A program made the position numbers and the translations under genes. Of a stretch of 64,000 nucleotides of DNA, positions 18,829 to 29,102 are shown piece by piece (positions within the stretch are counted from its first letter, which is position 1; every line of letters starts with the position of its first letter). Source of the stretch: Candidatus Methanosuratincola verstraetei. Its GTDB lineage: Archaea; Thermoproteota; Methanomethylicia; Methanomethylicales; Methanomethylicaceae. Where the stretch lies: contig CP186953.1 of assembly GCA_049570475.1 (NCBI GenBank), positions 864,001 through 928,000 of the forward strand. Reading direction: 5' to 3'. The notes beneath the pieces were generated by a model. It did not search any database. It was not told where the DNA came from and was given only the letters and a program-made list of their open reading frames with translations.

Positions 18829-19551
18829 ATGGGGGCGCCTTCAGAACAGCAGGCAATGATAAGGATGGGTACAGGCGAGCTTGACCGCCTCATAGGCGGC
18901 ATACCGATGCCGTCAATGAACCTCCTCGAGGGCGAGAATGACACAGGGAAGAGCGTCTTCGCCCAGGACGTAGCATGGGGCGCCCTCAGCTCTGGGCTGA
19001 CCGTCCGGTACGTCACCACTGAGATGACCGTGCAGTCGCTGGTATCGCAGATGGAGAGCCTCTCCTTCTCGGCCAAGCCTCACTTCATACTAGGCAAGTT
19101 CAAGATCACCGCGTTCCACGCGAAGGGGATCAACTGGGACGAGTCAATAGCTTCCAACTACCTCTCGGTAATACTCAACTTCATCAAGAAGAAGGGCGAC
19201 GCGAACCTTGTGATATTCGACTCTCTCACTTACATTGCCACGCACTCGTCGGAGAAGGACCTGCTCAACTTCCTGTCGGAGCTCAGGAACTACGTCGACC
19301 AGCGGGGCAGATGCGTCTTCGTTACGCTGCACCCGTTCGCCTTCGACAATAACCTGCTGATAAGAATAAGGTCGATATGCGACGGTCACATGGTCTTCAA
19401 GGTGAAGACCCTGCCCAGCAACGAGACTGCAAGGACCCTCGAGATACTCAAGCTGAGGGGCGCCGCCAAGGCTACGAACAACCTTTGCACGTTCAAGGTC
19501 GAGCCGGGGATAGGGATCAGGGTGCTGCCGTTCACCCAGGTCAAGGCGTGA
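18829..19551 (+). CDS. arlH: Archaellum KaiC-like ATP-binding protein ArlH
   Basis: ELDRLIGGIP, GENDTGKS Walker A, IFDSLT, FKVEPGIGIRV. Confidence 0.92.
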   Translation: MGAPSEQQAMIRMGTGELDRLIGGIPMPSMNLLEGENDTGKSVFAQDVAWGALSSGLTVRYVTTEMTVQSLVSQMESLSFSAKPHFILGKFKITAFHAKGINWDESIASNYLSVILNFIKKKGDANLVIFDSLTYIATHSSEKDLLNFLSELRNYVDQRGRCVFVTLHPFAFDNNLLIRIRSICDGHMVFKVKTLPSNETARTLEILKLRGAAKATNNLCTFKVEPGIGIRVLPFTQVKA

Positions 19552-19650
19552 TCGCGGGGTGTTCGATCAGATCACGGGGGCTAATCGAATCGGGGGATTC
19601 TGGATGGTGGGGGGGAGGGGATATGAAAGTTAAAGAGGGGGTCAGCAGCA

Positions 19651-21420
19651 ATGGCTAGCGCAGCAACCCCTCCCCAGGGTCGCGCCGACTCTGGTCTCAA
19701 CTGCAACCTTGCTGCGGAGCTGGGCGTTGAGTTCTCGGAGTACGTCAAGGGTGCCCCCCACCTCCACGAGTACGCCCACAAGGCTAAGAACGACCCTGAG
19801 TTGGCAGGAATACCGCTCCAGTTCAAGAAGACGCTCTCGAGGGACTTGCGCCTCCTCAAGAAATTCAACATAATCTACCCTGCCTCGGACAGGATCTTTG
19901 TCCACGTCTTCAAGGGGACGCGGGACGCCTATGGGAAGTACCGCCCGATCGAGCCAAGGCTACCCCCAGAGAAGAAGGATCTCATCGGGAAAGTCGAAGA
20001 GATGCTCGCCTCAATGATAGACGACGAGACTGCCAAGAAGATATCAGAGCGGCGCGAGGCTATGTTGACCGAGCTGTTCGAGGAGGCCGTCCGTTTGGAG
20101 GGGGCTCCTTCGCCAGCCCCCCAGAAGGGGGAGAAAAAGAGGTCATTCTCGCCGCTTTTCCTCTCGAAGGAGACCTACGAGCAGCTTAAGTACGAGATCC
20201 TGACCGACAAGATCGGGATGGGTCCCCTTGAGCCGCTCATAAAGGACCAGTACATCGAAGACATCTCCTGCGACGGTGTCGGGTCCGTCTTCGTCGAGCA
20301 CAAGATTTTCGGTTCCATGACTACCTCGATAGAGTTCAAGACCGCGGAGGAGCTCGACTCCTTTGTAGTCAAGATGTGCGAGAAGATCGGGCGCCCCGTC
20401 AGCCCTAGGAGGCCTATTGTGGATGCTTCGCTCTTGGACGGATCGCGGCTGAACGTGGTCTTCGGGAATGACGTGAGCAGGCGGGGGAGCAACTTCACCA
20501 TAAGGAAGTTCTCGAAGATACCGCTCAGCATCACCCAGCTGATCAAGTTCGGCACCCTAGATGCAAGAATGGCTGCCTACTTGTGGATGATGCTCGAGTC
20601 TGGGATGTCTATGTTCATCTGCGGTGAGACCGCCTCGGGCAAGACGACCACGCTCAACGCGATCACAGTATTCATCAGACCGAACGCCAAGGTTATAACG
20701 ATCGAGGACACCCCTGAGGTTTACATCCCCCACCCCAACTGGGTGAGCGAGTGCACAAGGCGGGGGGAGTCAGAGTCTTCGTCTATTGAGCTCTTCGACC
20801 TTCTCAAGTCCGCACTCAGGCAGAGGCCGAACTACATTATCGTAGGCGAGATCAGGGGGAAGGAGGGCAACGTGGCGTTCCAGGCCATCCAGACAGGTCA
20901 TCCCGTGATCTCGACCTTCCACGCCGCGTCGATGCAGAAGCTAATCCAGAGGATCACCGGGGACCCGATAAACATCCCTGCTGCGTACGTCGACAACCTG
21001 AACGTCGTCGTATTCCAGAGCAGCGTTAAGAGCCCGAAGACTGGGAAGTTCGAGAGGAGGGTCACCGGGATCTGCGAGATCATCGGTATAGACCCTGTTG
21101 AGAAGTCCTACAACTTCATAGAGATATTCTCCTGGGACCCGGTCACTGACGCGCACACATTCAGGGGAGTGGGGAACAGCTACCTCCTCGAGTACAAGGT
21201 CGCACCGATGAGGGGCCTCTCTCCTAAGGAGACGCGGAAGATATACAATGAGCTCGAGCTCAGGACCTATGTCCTGAAGAAGCTGGTAGAGATGAATGTA
21301 GTCGACTACTACGACGTCTACCACGCTCTATCGAAGGTGTACGAGAACCCGTACCTCGCGGAGATGAATTTCGACAACTTCGCCACGAAGGCGATAGACA
21401 AGATCCTGAAGGGTGAATGA
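19651..21420 (+). CDS. arlI: Archaellum motor ATPase ArlI
   Basis: IEDISCDG, GETASGKTT, ALRQRPNYIIVGEIRG, QTGH. Confidence 0.95.
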   Translation: MASAATPPQGRADSGLNCNLAAELGVEFSEYVKGAPHLHEYAHKAKNDPELAGIPLQFKKTLSRDLRLLKKFNIIYPASDRIFVHVFKGTRDAYGKYRPIEPRLPPEKKDLIGKVEEMLASMIDDETAKKISERREAMLTELFEEAVRLEGAPSPAPQKGEKKRSFSPLFLSKETYEQLKYEILTDKIGMGPLEPLIKDQYIEDISCDGVGSVFVEHKIFGSMTTSIEFKTAEELDSFVVKMCEKIGRPVSPRRPIVDASLLDGSRLNVVFGNDVSRRGSNFTIRKFSKIPLSITQLIKFGTLDARMAAYLWMMLESGMSMFICGETASGKTTTLNAITVFIRPNAKVITIEDTPEVYIPHPNWVSECTRRGESESSSIELFDLLKSALRQRPNYIIVGEIRGKEGNVAFQAIQTGHPVISTFHAASMQKLIQRITGDPINIPAAYVDNLNVVVFQSSVKSPKTGKFERRVTGICEIIGIDPVEKSYNFIEIFSWDPVTDAHTFRGVGNSYLLEYKVAPMRGLSPKETRKIYNELELRTYVLKKLVEMNVVDYYDVYHALSKVYENPYLAEMNFDNFATKAIDKILKGE

Positions 21421-21449
21421 TGATGGGGGATCCAAAGGGGGTTTGCTAG

Positions 21450-23057
21450 ATGGCGGCTGCTGAGACCAGAGAGATACCAATGTGGATGCCCCAGAAGACC
21501 CAGGAGGAGCTCCAGAAGATAGAGGTTAAGAAGGCTAAGGAGCGCTACAAGTTCTCGCTACGGGATCAGCTCCAGACGCTCCTATACGCCAGAACCAACA
21601 AGAGGATCTGGCACACGATGCCGTTCTTCCTGATGCACATGCTCTCGATCGCCTATGCTGACATCTCTTCACTGCAGCTTGTCAGGTCCAGCTCGCAGAC
21701 CAGGTACGCTCACATCAGCAACCTGATGAAGCGGATCTCGTCTATGGTCGACCTTGGGATAGACCTATCAAGATCCTGCGAGATCGCGAGAAAGGAGATG
21801 AAAGCCCCTTACCTGAGGGACTTTCTCCAGCGATTCGCCCAGATAGCCAAGATGGGAGAGGACATGATCGCTTTCCTTACGAAGGAGTACAACTCGTTCA
21901 TGACGATCTATGCGAGTGAGATGGAGCGTTCACTCACCCGGCTTAAGCGCTTCACCGAGGCTTACAGCGCGATCCTCTCCTCGTCCGTCCTGATCATCCT
22001 CATATTAGTATTCACGAGCGTACTCTGGGGGGCTGGTGTAGAGGCTACGGGGGTCGTTATGCCAGCGATCGTTGGGATATACGGGATATTTGCATTCATA
22101 TTCTACATCTCGTCGCCGAGCGTCAGGCTGATCTCTAGGAACTACATCGACAAGGACTTCGAGGGGACGATAAGGGTCAGCAGGCTCGTCTGGAAGATCT
22201 CGGCTATGATGAACCTATTGGTGGTTGTGCTGCTAACGCTGGGTCTACTGCCAGTGCAAGTAGGTTCACTCGCGGCGGCCTTCTCTGGTCTCCCATCGCT
22301 TCTCATCGGATACCTGGGCATGAAGAGGAACGGGATGATCTCTGCGATCGACGAGCGATTCCCCGAGTTTGTGACCATGCTCACCACTTCGCTCTCTACC
22401 ACAGGGACCTCGCTCACGTATGCCTTCCGCGAAATCTCAAGACTTGACTTCGGGAAGCTCTCGAAATTCATCAAGAGGATGTCATCCAGGCTGGACATCG
22501 GTATAGAGAAGTCAGTAGCCTGGGAGGCGATGAAGAAGGAGACGTCGAGCGAGCTGATAGGGATCCACATCGACGCACTCGCAGACGCTAACAGGCTCGG
22601 CTCCCAGGCAAAGCTCTACGGTCCGCTAATCACCAACTCCTCGATCTTTGTGATAACACTGAGGAGGAGGATAGAGGAGACGTCCGCACTGATGAAGGGG
22701 ATTGTGGTGCCTATGCATCCAATCCTCTGCGCCATCATCGGGCTGATAATGGCAATCCTTACTCAGTTCATACTCATCTTCTCCCAGTTCGAAGAGCAGG
22801 GCCTGCCGGTCATATTTGCCTCCGTGCCTTCGCTGGCCTCGATCGAGGCGTACATATATATCCTCATAACCACGCTTAACTTTGTCAACGCAATAGTCCT
22901 GCATGAGATATCTGGGGAGCAGGAGTTCAACCTGCCTTTCTACTTGGGTCTGTTCATGTTCACCGGGTGGATCACCTACCTCGTGTGTTTCACCTCGGTC
23001 TCGGCTTACTTGGAAAGCATAGGGCTTGGGAGGATGATCAATGTTGTTGGCTTCTGA
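21450..23057 (+). CDS. arlJ: Archaellum platform membrane protein ArlJ
   Basis: Two GspF-like cytoplasmic domains alternating with TMs; follows arlI. Confidence 0.88.
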   Translation: MAAAETREIPMWMPQKTQEELQKIEVKKAKERYKFSLRDQLQTLLYARTNKRIWHTMPFFLMHMLSIAYADISSLQLVRSSSQTRYAHISNLMKRISSMVDLGIDLSRSCEIARKEMKAPYLRDFLQRFAQIAKMGEDMIAFLTKEYNSFMTIYASEMERSLTRLKRFTEAYSAILSSSVLIILILVFTSVLWGAGVEATGVVMPAIVGIYGIFAFIFYISSPSVRLISRNYIDKDFEGTIRVSRLVWKISAMMNLLVVVLLTLGLLPVQVGSLAAAFSGLPSLLIGYLGMKRNGMISAIDERFPEFVTMLTTSLSTTGTSLTYAFREISRLDFGKLSKFIKRMSSRLDIGIEKSVAWEAMKKETSSELIGIHIDALADANRLGSQAKLYGPLITNSSIFVITLRRRIEETSALMKGIVVPMHPILCAIIGLIMAILTQFILIFSQFEEQGLPVIFASVPSLASIEAYIYILITTLNFVNAIVLHEISGEQEFNLPFYLGLFMFTGWITYLVCFTSVSAYLESIGLGRMINVVGF

Positions 23058-23106
23058 GATCGCCAGATTTCACCTTTGTTCAGTGGAGTTCAAGGAGGTG
23101 TTTTGA

Positions 23107-24267
23107 ATGGACCTGCAGTGGATCAATTCACTGGTGCTGCCACTTCTGCTCCTTATTGGAACCATGGCTGCGTTCATAATGGTGCTGATGCTCCTAATCG
23201 ACACAATCTCCTTTTACAGGCGCAGGCTCAAAAGGAACCGACCCGAAGCCCTCCCATCTCCAGCTCCAGCCGGCGACGGGACCCAAAAGACAACTGCTGC
23301 GCAGGCTGGCACTGTTGAGTACGGAGAGGAAGTCGAACAAGGTCGTGAGGCACTGGTTCGCGACCAGGTCCCAGCCCGGAAGAAGAGGATTACCCGAATT
23401 CTGGCCCGATTCATTAACTTCCGATCAGGGAAATCAAAAACCAAAATAGATTCAATTGAACTGGCACCTCCATCTGCCCCGATCCTGCCCGAGACCCCTG
23501 CTGACGCTCAACCGATCGCCTCCGTCCAACCGCCCGCCGCAACGGACTCGGCTGTAGCTGATACTGCGGCAAAAGGCCAATCTGCGGTCTCATCGGAACC
23601 TACCTCAGCCGTGCAGGAATCGGATCAATCGGCGCCAGGGACAAAGGCACCATCTGAACCATCGGAAAGAACTGCCTCGATTGGTGGATCAGCCCCCGCC
23701 TCCGCAAAGACCGGGGACCAATCCGCGACCGAAGCCGATAAAAAGCCCCAGGAAGGTCCCCCTGAAGGGAAAGAGGGGGAAAATGACGCTCCTAAAATAA
23801 AGCTCAAGCCCTTGGCAAGCCTTGAAGAGGCCCGGAAAATCATTGAATCAAAGGCTGCATCCAAGACAACCGAAAGCAAAGCCAAGCCTGTGGTCGAAAC
23901 CGACGATGTAGCATCCCTGCTCGGCATAGCCTCTCCAGCAGGAGAAAAGGCTCAGGATCCAAGTCAGGGTGAAGGCGCCATCCCCAGTAAAGCAACAGAG
24001 GCACCGGCAAACAAGGCATCGATTACTGGTGCTGCCACAGAAGCCCTTGAAGTGATGTCGAATCAGGAGCCGGGAGCTAATTCGGGCGGCGAAAAAAGTG
24101 CTGCCAACGAACCAAAAGGAGACGACGGAGAAGATTTGACTGCTGCGGAAATACTCATGATGAACAGCGGAGAGGACGAGATCCTTGTTTTGTCCAAGCA
24201 ACTTTTTGAGCTCAAGTCATCGCTCGTTCAGCTCGAGAAAAAGCTAAAGAGCCTGAAGGAAAAGTGA
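23107..24267 (+). CDS. Membrane-anchored protein with long Pro/Ala/Ser/Glu-rich linker and C-terminal coiled coil (ArlX-like architecture)
   Basis: GGAGGTG RBS; single N-terminal TM; C-terminal heptads LSKQLFELKSSLVQLEKKLKSL. Confidence 0.6.
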   Translation: MDLQWINSLVLPLLLLIGTMAAFIMVLMLLIDTISFYRRRLKRNRPEALPSPAPAGDGTQKTTAAQAGTVEYGEEVEQGREALVRDQVPARKKRITRILARFINFRSGKSKTKIDSIELAPPSAPILPETPADAQPIASVQPPAATDSAVADTAAKGQSAVSSEPTSAVQESDQSAPGTKAPSEPSERTASIGGSAPASAKTGDQSATEADKKPQEGPPEGKEGENDAPKIKLKPLASLEEARKIIESKAASKTTESKAKPVVETDDVASLLGIASPAGEKAQDPSQGEGAIPSKATEAPANKASITGAATEALEVMSNQEPGANSGGEKSAANEPKGDDGEDLTAAEILMMNSGEDEILVLSKQLFELKSSLVQLEKKLKSLKEK

Positions 24268-24437
24268 CACCGTAAAACTCATCACTTCCTAAAAAAACAT
24301 GACCATGCCTCAGCACAGGAAGGTGGTCTACTTACATTGAAACCTGGCCTCCCTCGAGAATCTACCCTTTCCAAAAATTGTTTCAAGGTAGAACTCCAAT
24401 ACAGATTTCGCAATCCTTATTAAAATGGTTTTCGGTT

Positions 24438-25388
24438 TCAGATCTTTTGGCTGCCTGGCGAGAGTTGTGATGTTTTCTGTACCCTCCGGTATATCCTCAG
24501 CCTGGGGTCATAGGGCTCCAGCAGCAAGCCGTTGTTGGAAAAGATCACCTCATTCATCCCGAGCACAAGGAACCCGCCTTGAACGAGCGCGAACGAAAGT
24601 TTTTCCAGGATCTTTTTCTGCATCTCGGAGGAGACATATATCAGAACATTCCTGCATAGTATCAAGTCCATAAAGGGCAGTGGCGGGTCCTTGAACAGGT
24701 CGTGTATCCTGAACCTGACCGCATTTTTGACCTCCTCCCTTACGGAATACTTCTTGCCAATATGTTGAGACGCCAAGTTGTCCGGCGCCGCATCTAGACC
24801 CCTTTCCGCAGCAAGGGGAAACGACAGGTTGGCTGCCCGGTCCCCGCTTTCCTGATTACTGATGAAGTATTTCGCCAGAAGGGTCGAGGGAACCTTCTTC
24901 ATCGCAGCCTGAGGATAGATGCCCAATGATCCCTTGTTAAGGGCGTCGCGGTCTACATCTGTCGCTACCACTGTCGGCTTGCCTTCCTTAATGCCGCTCT
25001 CTCTCATCGCTTCGAGCGCAACTATGGCAGCGGTATATGCCTCCTCGCCGCAGGAGCAACCGGCACTCCATATCCTCAGGGTTGGCGGCAACCCTGACTC
25101 AGCCTTCTCCTTGAGCTTCTCTCTCATAGCCCTGCGGATCCCTTCCCAAACCGGCGGATCCCTGTAGAACTCTGAAACGTTGATCGAAATGCTGTCCACA
25201 AGTGCCTTCGCCTCAGCATTGTCCCTCATTAGCAGCCCCAAGTATTCATTGGGCGTGGAACTCTTTGTCAATGCCATCCTTGCGCATATTCTTCTCTTCA
25301 GGAAATCGGCCTTGTAGCCGTCTACTTTTACTCCGCGAGACAAAAGAAATCTTACCAACTCGATCAGTTCTGCATCATTTATGTTCAA
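24438..25388 (-). CDS. cheR: Chemotaxis methyltransferase CheR
   Basis: INVSEFYRD, RIWSAGCSCGEEAYT, DLILCRNVLIY. Confidence 0.93.
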   Translation of the reverse strand: MNINDAELIELVRFLLSRGVKVDGYKADFLKRRICARMALTKSSTPNEYLGLLMRDNAEAKALVDSISINVSEFYRDPPVWEGIRRAMREKLKEKAESGLPPTLRIWSAGCSCGEEAYTAAIVALEAMRESGIKEGKPTVVATDVDRDALNKGSLGIYPQAAMKKVPSTLLAKYFISNQESGDRAANLSFPLAAERGLDAAPDNLASQHIGKKYSVREEVKNAVRFRIHDLFKDPPLPFMDLILCRNVLIYVSSEMQKKILEKLSFALVQGGFLVLGMNEVIFSNNGLLLEPYDPRLRIYRRVQKTSQLSPGSQKI

Positions 25389-25458
25389 GTTCCATCCCTC
25401 CGTCCACTATATTTGACGCCTCTAATCTCTGAAAAATAGTTGCTGAGCCGTCGATGAT

Positions 25459-25992
25459 CTATACCTTCTCTATGGCCTCTATCCCCTGCACTATTGAGGG
25501 CTGCGAAACCATTACCAAAACTCTCCCTGTCCGAACGTCAAAAACGAGGCTCCTTCCGCGCCTGCCATCGACTTCTTCGATCAAGATCGGTATGCCGAGG
25601 GTCTTTAGGTACGACTTTGCAAAGTCAATATTCCTCTTACCTATCGCAAGTTCTCCCCCTAAGTTGAAAATTGTGCCTCCTCCAACCAGTCCTGAAACCA
25701 GCATTCCTCTATCTCCCCCTGCTTCGGTTACTTTGCTCAGCAGCATATCAATTCCGTAGTCTAAATATTTTGGAAAGGCTTTACCCTTGCCTGTCGGCAG
25801 CATGCCATGCAAAAGCCCCCCAATCCTGTTGAAAGGATCGTAAAGTAACACCGCTAGGCAGGATCCAAGTGCAAGTGTAGAGAGGGGCAAGTCCCTAGAA
25901 ACACCAAACTCGCCCATGCCCACCAACAGGCTGCCCTTCACCAAATCCCTTATGCTATCTACCAACTCAAGTTTGAGGCTGATCTTGATCAC
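25459..25992 (-). CDS. cheD: Chemoreceptor glutamine deamidase CheD
   Basis: VGMGE, LGSCLAV, HGMLP, IGKRN. Confidence 0.9.
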   Translation of the reverse strand: MIKISLKLELVDSIRDLVKGSLLVGMGEFGVSRDLPLSTLALGSCLAVLLYDPFNRIGGLLHGMLPTGKGKAFPKYLDYGIDMLLSKVTEAGGDRGMLVSGLVGGGTIFNLGGELAIGKRNIDFAKSYLKTLGIPILIEEVDGRRGRSLVFDVRTGRVLVMVSQPSIVQGIEAIEKV

Positions 25993-26509
25993 CGTCTTTG
26001 AACATAATCAGTTTGATCTTTATGGGGGGCAGCTCGGACAAGAAGTTCATCTCAATCTGATCTGTGTTACAATCAGAGACTATTGCTGTAATCGCATCGG
26101 TCAAGGCACTGGGCATGTCTACTGCCACGAGAGGTATCGTGTAGTCTATCCTCGCACCCATCTTCCTGCCAATCTCGGATGCAAAAGCGCCGATCGCTAT
26201 GTTGCAAAACTCCTGCATTGCTGATTGCTTGAAATCATCAAAGTTGAATATGTGATCGTTAATGAGCGAGTTCATCATCTCGTCCGCACTCGCAAAGTCT
26301 ATCACCATCAACATATAGGCATTTATCGGCCTTCCTATCCTCGAGAGGATGCCAATGTAATAGAGGTCTTCGTCCAAGTCTTTCATTATCCAGTCGGGTC
26401 TGCCCTTTCCTATTTTGACCGCAAATCGAAAATCAATGCGGAGGATCTCCTCGATTGCAGATTTGACCTTTTCCGCCAGTTCTTCGTCGAAGATCGCCAT
26501 TTGGGCCAA
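25967..26509 (-). CDS. cheC: CheC-family phosphatase
   Basis: SAMQEFCNIAIGAF (S-x-x-x-E-x-x-N) motif; between cheY and cheD. Confidence 0.8.
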   Translation of the reverse strand: MAQMAIFDEELAEKVKSAIEEILRIDFRFAVKIGKGRPDWIMKDLDEDLYYIGILSRIGRPINAYMLMVIDFASADEMMNSLINDHIFNFDDFKQSAMQEFCNIAIGAFASEIGRKMGARIDYTIPLVAVDMPSALTDAITAIVSDCNTDQIEMNFLSELPPIKIKLIMFKDGDQDQPQT

Positions 26510-26527
26510 TGTTTATCCCGCCTCCAG

Positions 26528-26899
26528 TCATCTTCTCATTAATAGAGCCGTATTGATTGTCCTGAAGAGCTCTTCCCGCCTAAAAGGCTTGGCAATGAAG
26601 TGCTTCACTCCTATCTTCTTAGCCTCTTCCTTTGCCCATTCCTGATCGATGGCAGTCAACATCACTACTTCTGATTTCGGATCTATCGAGAGGATCTCCC
26701 TAGCTGCATCTATTCCGTTCTTCTTAGGCATGTTTATGTCCATCAATACTAAGCTCGGAAGCTTTTCTATGAATTTGGCAACAGCCTCCTCGCCATCCTT
26801 AGCTTCTATTACCGGGTAAATCCCTCCCTGCAGTAGCGTGTCGCATATAAGCTTTCTCATGAATGCGGAGTCATCCACAACAAGGACCGGGCGGTCCAT
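26528..26899 (-). CDS. cheY: Chemotaxis response regulator CheY
   Basis: VVDDSAFMR, MDINMP, KPF; stand-alone receiver domain. Confidence 0.9.
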   Translation of the reverse strand: MDRPVLVVDDSAFMRKLICDTLLQGGIYPVIEAKDGEEAVAKFIEKLPSLVLMDINMPKKNGIDAAREILSIDPKSEVVMLTAIDQEWAKEEAKKIGVKHFIAKPFRREELFRTINTALLMRR

Positions 26900-26916
26900 A
26901 GATCGCAACCTCGTGA

Positions 26917-27447
26917 TCAACCGAGATTCTCCTTTACAGTGGCGATTTCTGAATACAGGCTGCTCCTTGTGGCTTTTATACCCTCTTCAGCCTTCACTTG
27001 GCATCTTTCAGAAAGCAGCCTGACAACGTCTATCAGGATCGTGAGGTTGTCCTCTGATCTTATTATTCCGGATATGAATGAGTTGTTAGCGCTCATTGCG
27101 ATTGAAGGTGATTTAACTATCTCCTCAATCGGAACAGTAACGACCCCGACGACGCAGTCAACTATGAGACCAACAACATCGGATTCAAACTCGACCATTA
27201 TAATCCTAGAGTTGTCGTCGAACTCTTTGTGATCCATGCCGAAGATCTTCCGGAGGTCCACTATGGGAGTAATCTGCCCGCGCAGATTGATCACGCCTTC
27301 AATGTAGTCTGGTGCGTTTGGAACCTTGACATATTCCTTGACCTTTATTATCTCTTTTATCTGATGGACGTCTATGCCGTACATCTCTTTGCCCAGCTGG
27401 AAAGTGATGGCTTGGACTTCGCCTTTCTGATCTACCAATGCGTTCAC
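26917..27447 (-). CDS. cheW: CheW coupling protein
   Basis: VPNAPDYIEGVINLRGQITPIVDLR. Confidence 0.95.
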   Translation of the reverse strand: MNALVDQKGEVQAITFQLGKEMYGIDVHQIKEIIKVKEYVKVPNAPDYIEGVINLRGQITPIVDLRKIFGMDHKEFDDNSRIIMVEFESDVVGLIVDCVVGVVTVPIEEIVKSPSIAMSANNSFISGIIRSEDNLTILIDVVRLLSERCQVKAEEGIKATRSSLYSEIATVKENLG

Positions 27448-27471
27448 CCTATAGAAATTCGGGGCTCAGAA

Positions 27472-27508
27472 TTTTTAAGCATAAAGTTTTAGGCGACTGA
27501 GTGTCGTA
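27472..27508 (-). promoter_or_regulatory. Motility motif and TATA box upstream of cheW-Y-C-D-R
   Basis: Minus strand TACGA-cactcag-TCGCCT then TTAAAAA. Confidence 0.55.
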
Positions 27509-27776
27509 TTGCCACTCGGCTGTTCATGCGTTAATCAGGTGCACTATCGCGCGTTCCGCATTTTTGCATACCTTCCTATTCCTTTCATATTTTCAATTCA
27601 GGAAACATTGTCGCCTGAATTTACGGCAAACGTAGCTGGGCATTATTGCAGCCTCAAAATGCCTTCCTTGGATAGGGAAACCGTGTTGCTGTTCTTATGT
27701 CCAAAAAATCTAAATCTGAAAAAGAAAGGTGCATTCCCCCGCCATTTGCTTGTTATGCGGCGGGGCGTTGCCCCAT

Positions 27777-28730
27777 TCACAATCCTTTCTTTAATTGCTC
27801 GTCCACCATCTGAGCATTAGCCTCAATCGAGGCGTTGGCCTCCTCTATGGCGCTGGTGATCTCTTCCGCAGCCGAAGCGTTCTCCTCAGCCGCAGCCGCG
27901 ACCTCGCTTATCGGTCCATGGAGCGATTTGATGATGTCCATTGCCGATTGGACTGCGCCTGCCCTGTTGGCTATCCCTTCGGACTGGCTTACCGTAAATT
28001 CTGCCAACATCTTAAGGGATTCTGTCCCTTTGCTGAGTGTTGAGTTGCCCTCCTCTATCTTCTTTGTCAAATCCACTGCCCCTTGCACGGTCTTTGTAGC
28101 CGCCTCTTGGACTTTCTTGACTATCTGCTGGGTTGCATCGACCGACTTCCTTGTCTCCTCAGCTAGCTTCCTGATCTCGCCAGCAACGACTGCAAAACCC
28201 TTCCCTGCCTCACCTGCCCTTGCCGCCTCGATCGCAGCGTTGAGCGCTAGAAGCGAGGTCTGATCGGCGATGTCCTTTATTGTATCTATTACGTCCCCTA
28301 TCTTTTTGCTGGCTTCGTCAAGATAGCTAAGGGATGGTCTTAGCGACTCGAGCACTGACTTTATCTCCATTAATGTATCGCTGCTCTTCTTTGCGTGCTC
28401 CGAGGTCTCCTCAGCAAGTACCTTCCCCTGCTTGGCGTTCTCGGTCGCCTCCTGCCTAGACTTGACCACTCCTTGAATTATAGAATCGGCCTTTTGGATC
28501 TGTCCTAGTATGTTGTTTATGGCGATTGATGTTGTCTGAGCGCCTTTTGCGATCTGCTGGACCGATTGGGCTATCTGCTGCATCGATTGACTGATTGAAT
28601 TCTCCTGATCCCGTATTTTTTTGAGTGTCTCTCGGTAATTTCCATCTTGGGCTGTGCTTGGTGATTCTTTAGCTTGAGTTCTAACTAACTGTTCTGTCTG
28701 ACCCTTGCTTCTACTAAGCCATGTCATCAC
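27777..28730 (-). CDS. Soluble methyl-accepting chemotaxis protein with no sensor domain
   Basis: [38 protein letters not shown] hairpin tip; no TM. Confidence 0.92.
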   Translation of the reverse strand: MMTWLSRSKGQTEQLVRTQAKESPSTAQDGNYRETLKKIRDQENSISQSMQQIAQSVQQIAKGAQTTSIAINNILGQIQKADSIIQGVVKSRQEATENAKQGKVLAEETSEHAKKSSDTLMEIKSVLESLRPSLSYLDEASKKIGDVIDTIKDIADQTSLLALNAAIEAARAGEAGKGFAVVAGEIRKLAEETRKSVDATQQIVKKVQEAATKTVQGAVDLTKKIEEGNSTLSKGTESLKMLAEFTVSQSEGIANRAGAVQSAMDIIKSLHGPISEVAAAAEENASAAEEITSAIEEANASIEANAQMVDEQLKKGL

Positions 28731-28760
28731 AATCTCCGCTGTAACTCTTGTTGGTGTTTG

Positions 28761-28788
28761 TTTTTAAAAACTCGAGCAGTAGGCGACT
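28761..28788 (-). promoter_or_regulatory. Motility half-site and TATA box upstream of the soluble MCP
   Basis: Minus strand AGTCGCCT, 10 nt, TTTTTAAAAA; embedded in the IR CGAGCAGT/ACTGCTCG. Confidence 0.55.
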
Positions 28789-28859
28789 GCTCGTAGATAT
28801 CTTAGGTAAGTGACTGGTTGTTTTTAAACTCACATCTTACTGGGGGGGCACCCTAATTC

Positions 28860-29102
28860 CTAAGACCGGTCCGTCAGCCTCGCTTCCAGTTCTCCGATCC
28901 CCCTCTCCAGCGATTCAATTCTTGCACCGATCTCCTCTATTCTCTTGGACAATCTTTCCAGTGTCTGCACATCCTCCTTGCTGAAAGACCTGCAGTTTCT
29001 CAGTTGCTTCCTTATCTCTCGCAGGCTCTCTGCCAACTTCTCGAACTCGCCGCTCCTTTTCTTGGGGATCTCTCCATCCGAAAAAAATCCGCTCTCAGAC
29101 AA
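28860..29102 (-). CDS. Small coiled-coil protein coupled to cheA
   Basis: Overlaps cheA stop; heptad pattern LERLSKRIEEIGARIESLERGIGELEARL. Confidence 0.65.
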   Translation of the reverse strand: MSESGFFSDGEIPKKRSGEFEKLAESLREIRKQLRNCRSFSKEDVQTLERLSKRIEEIGARIESLERGIGELEARLTDRS

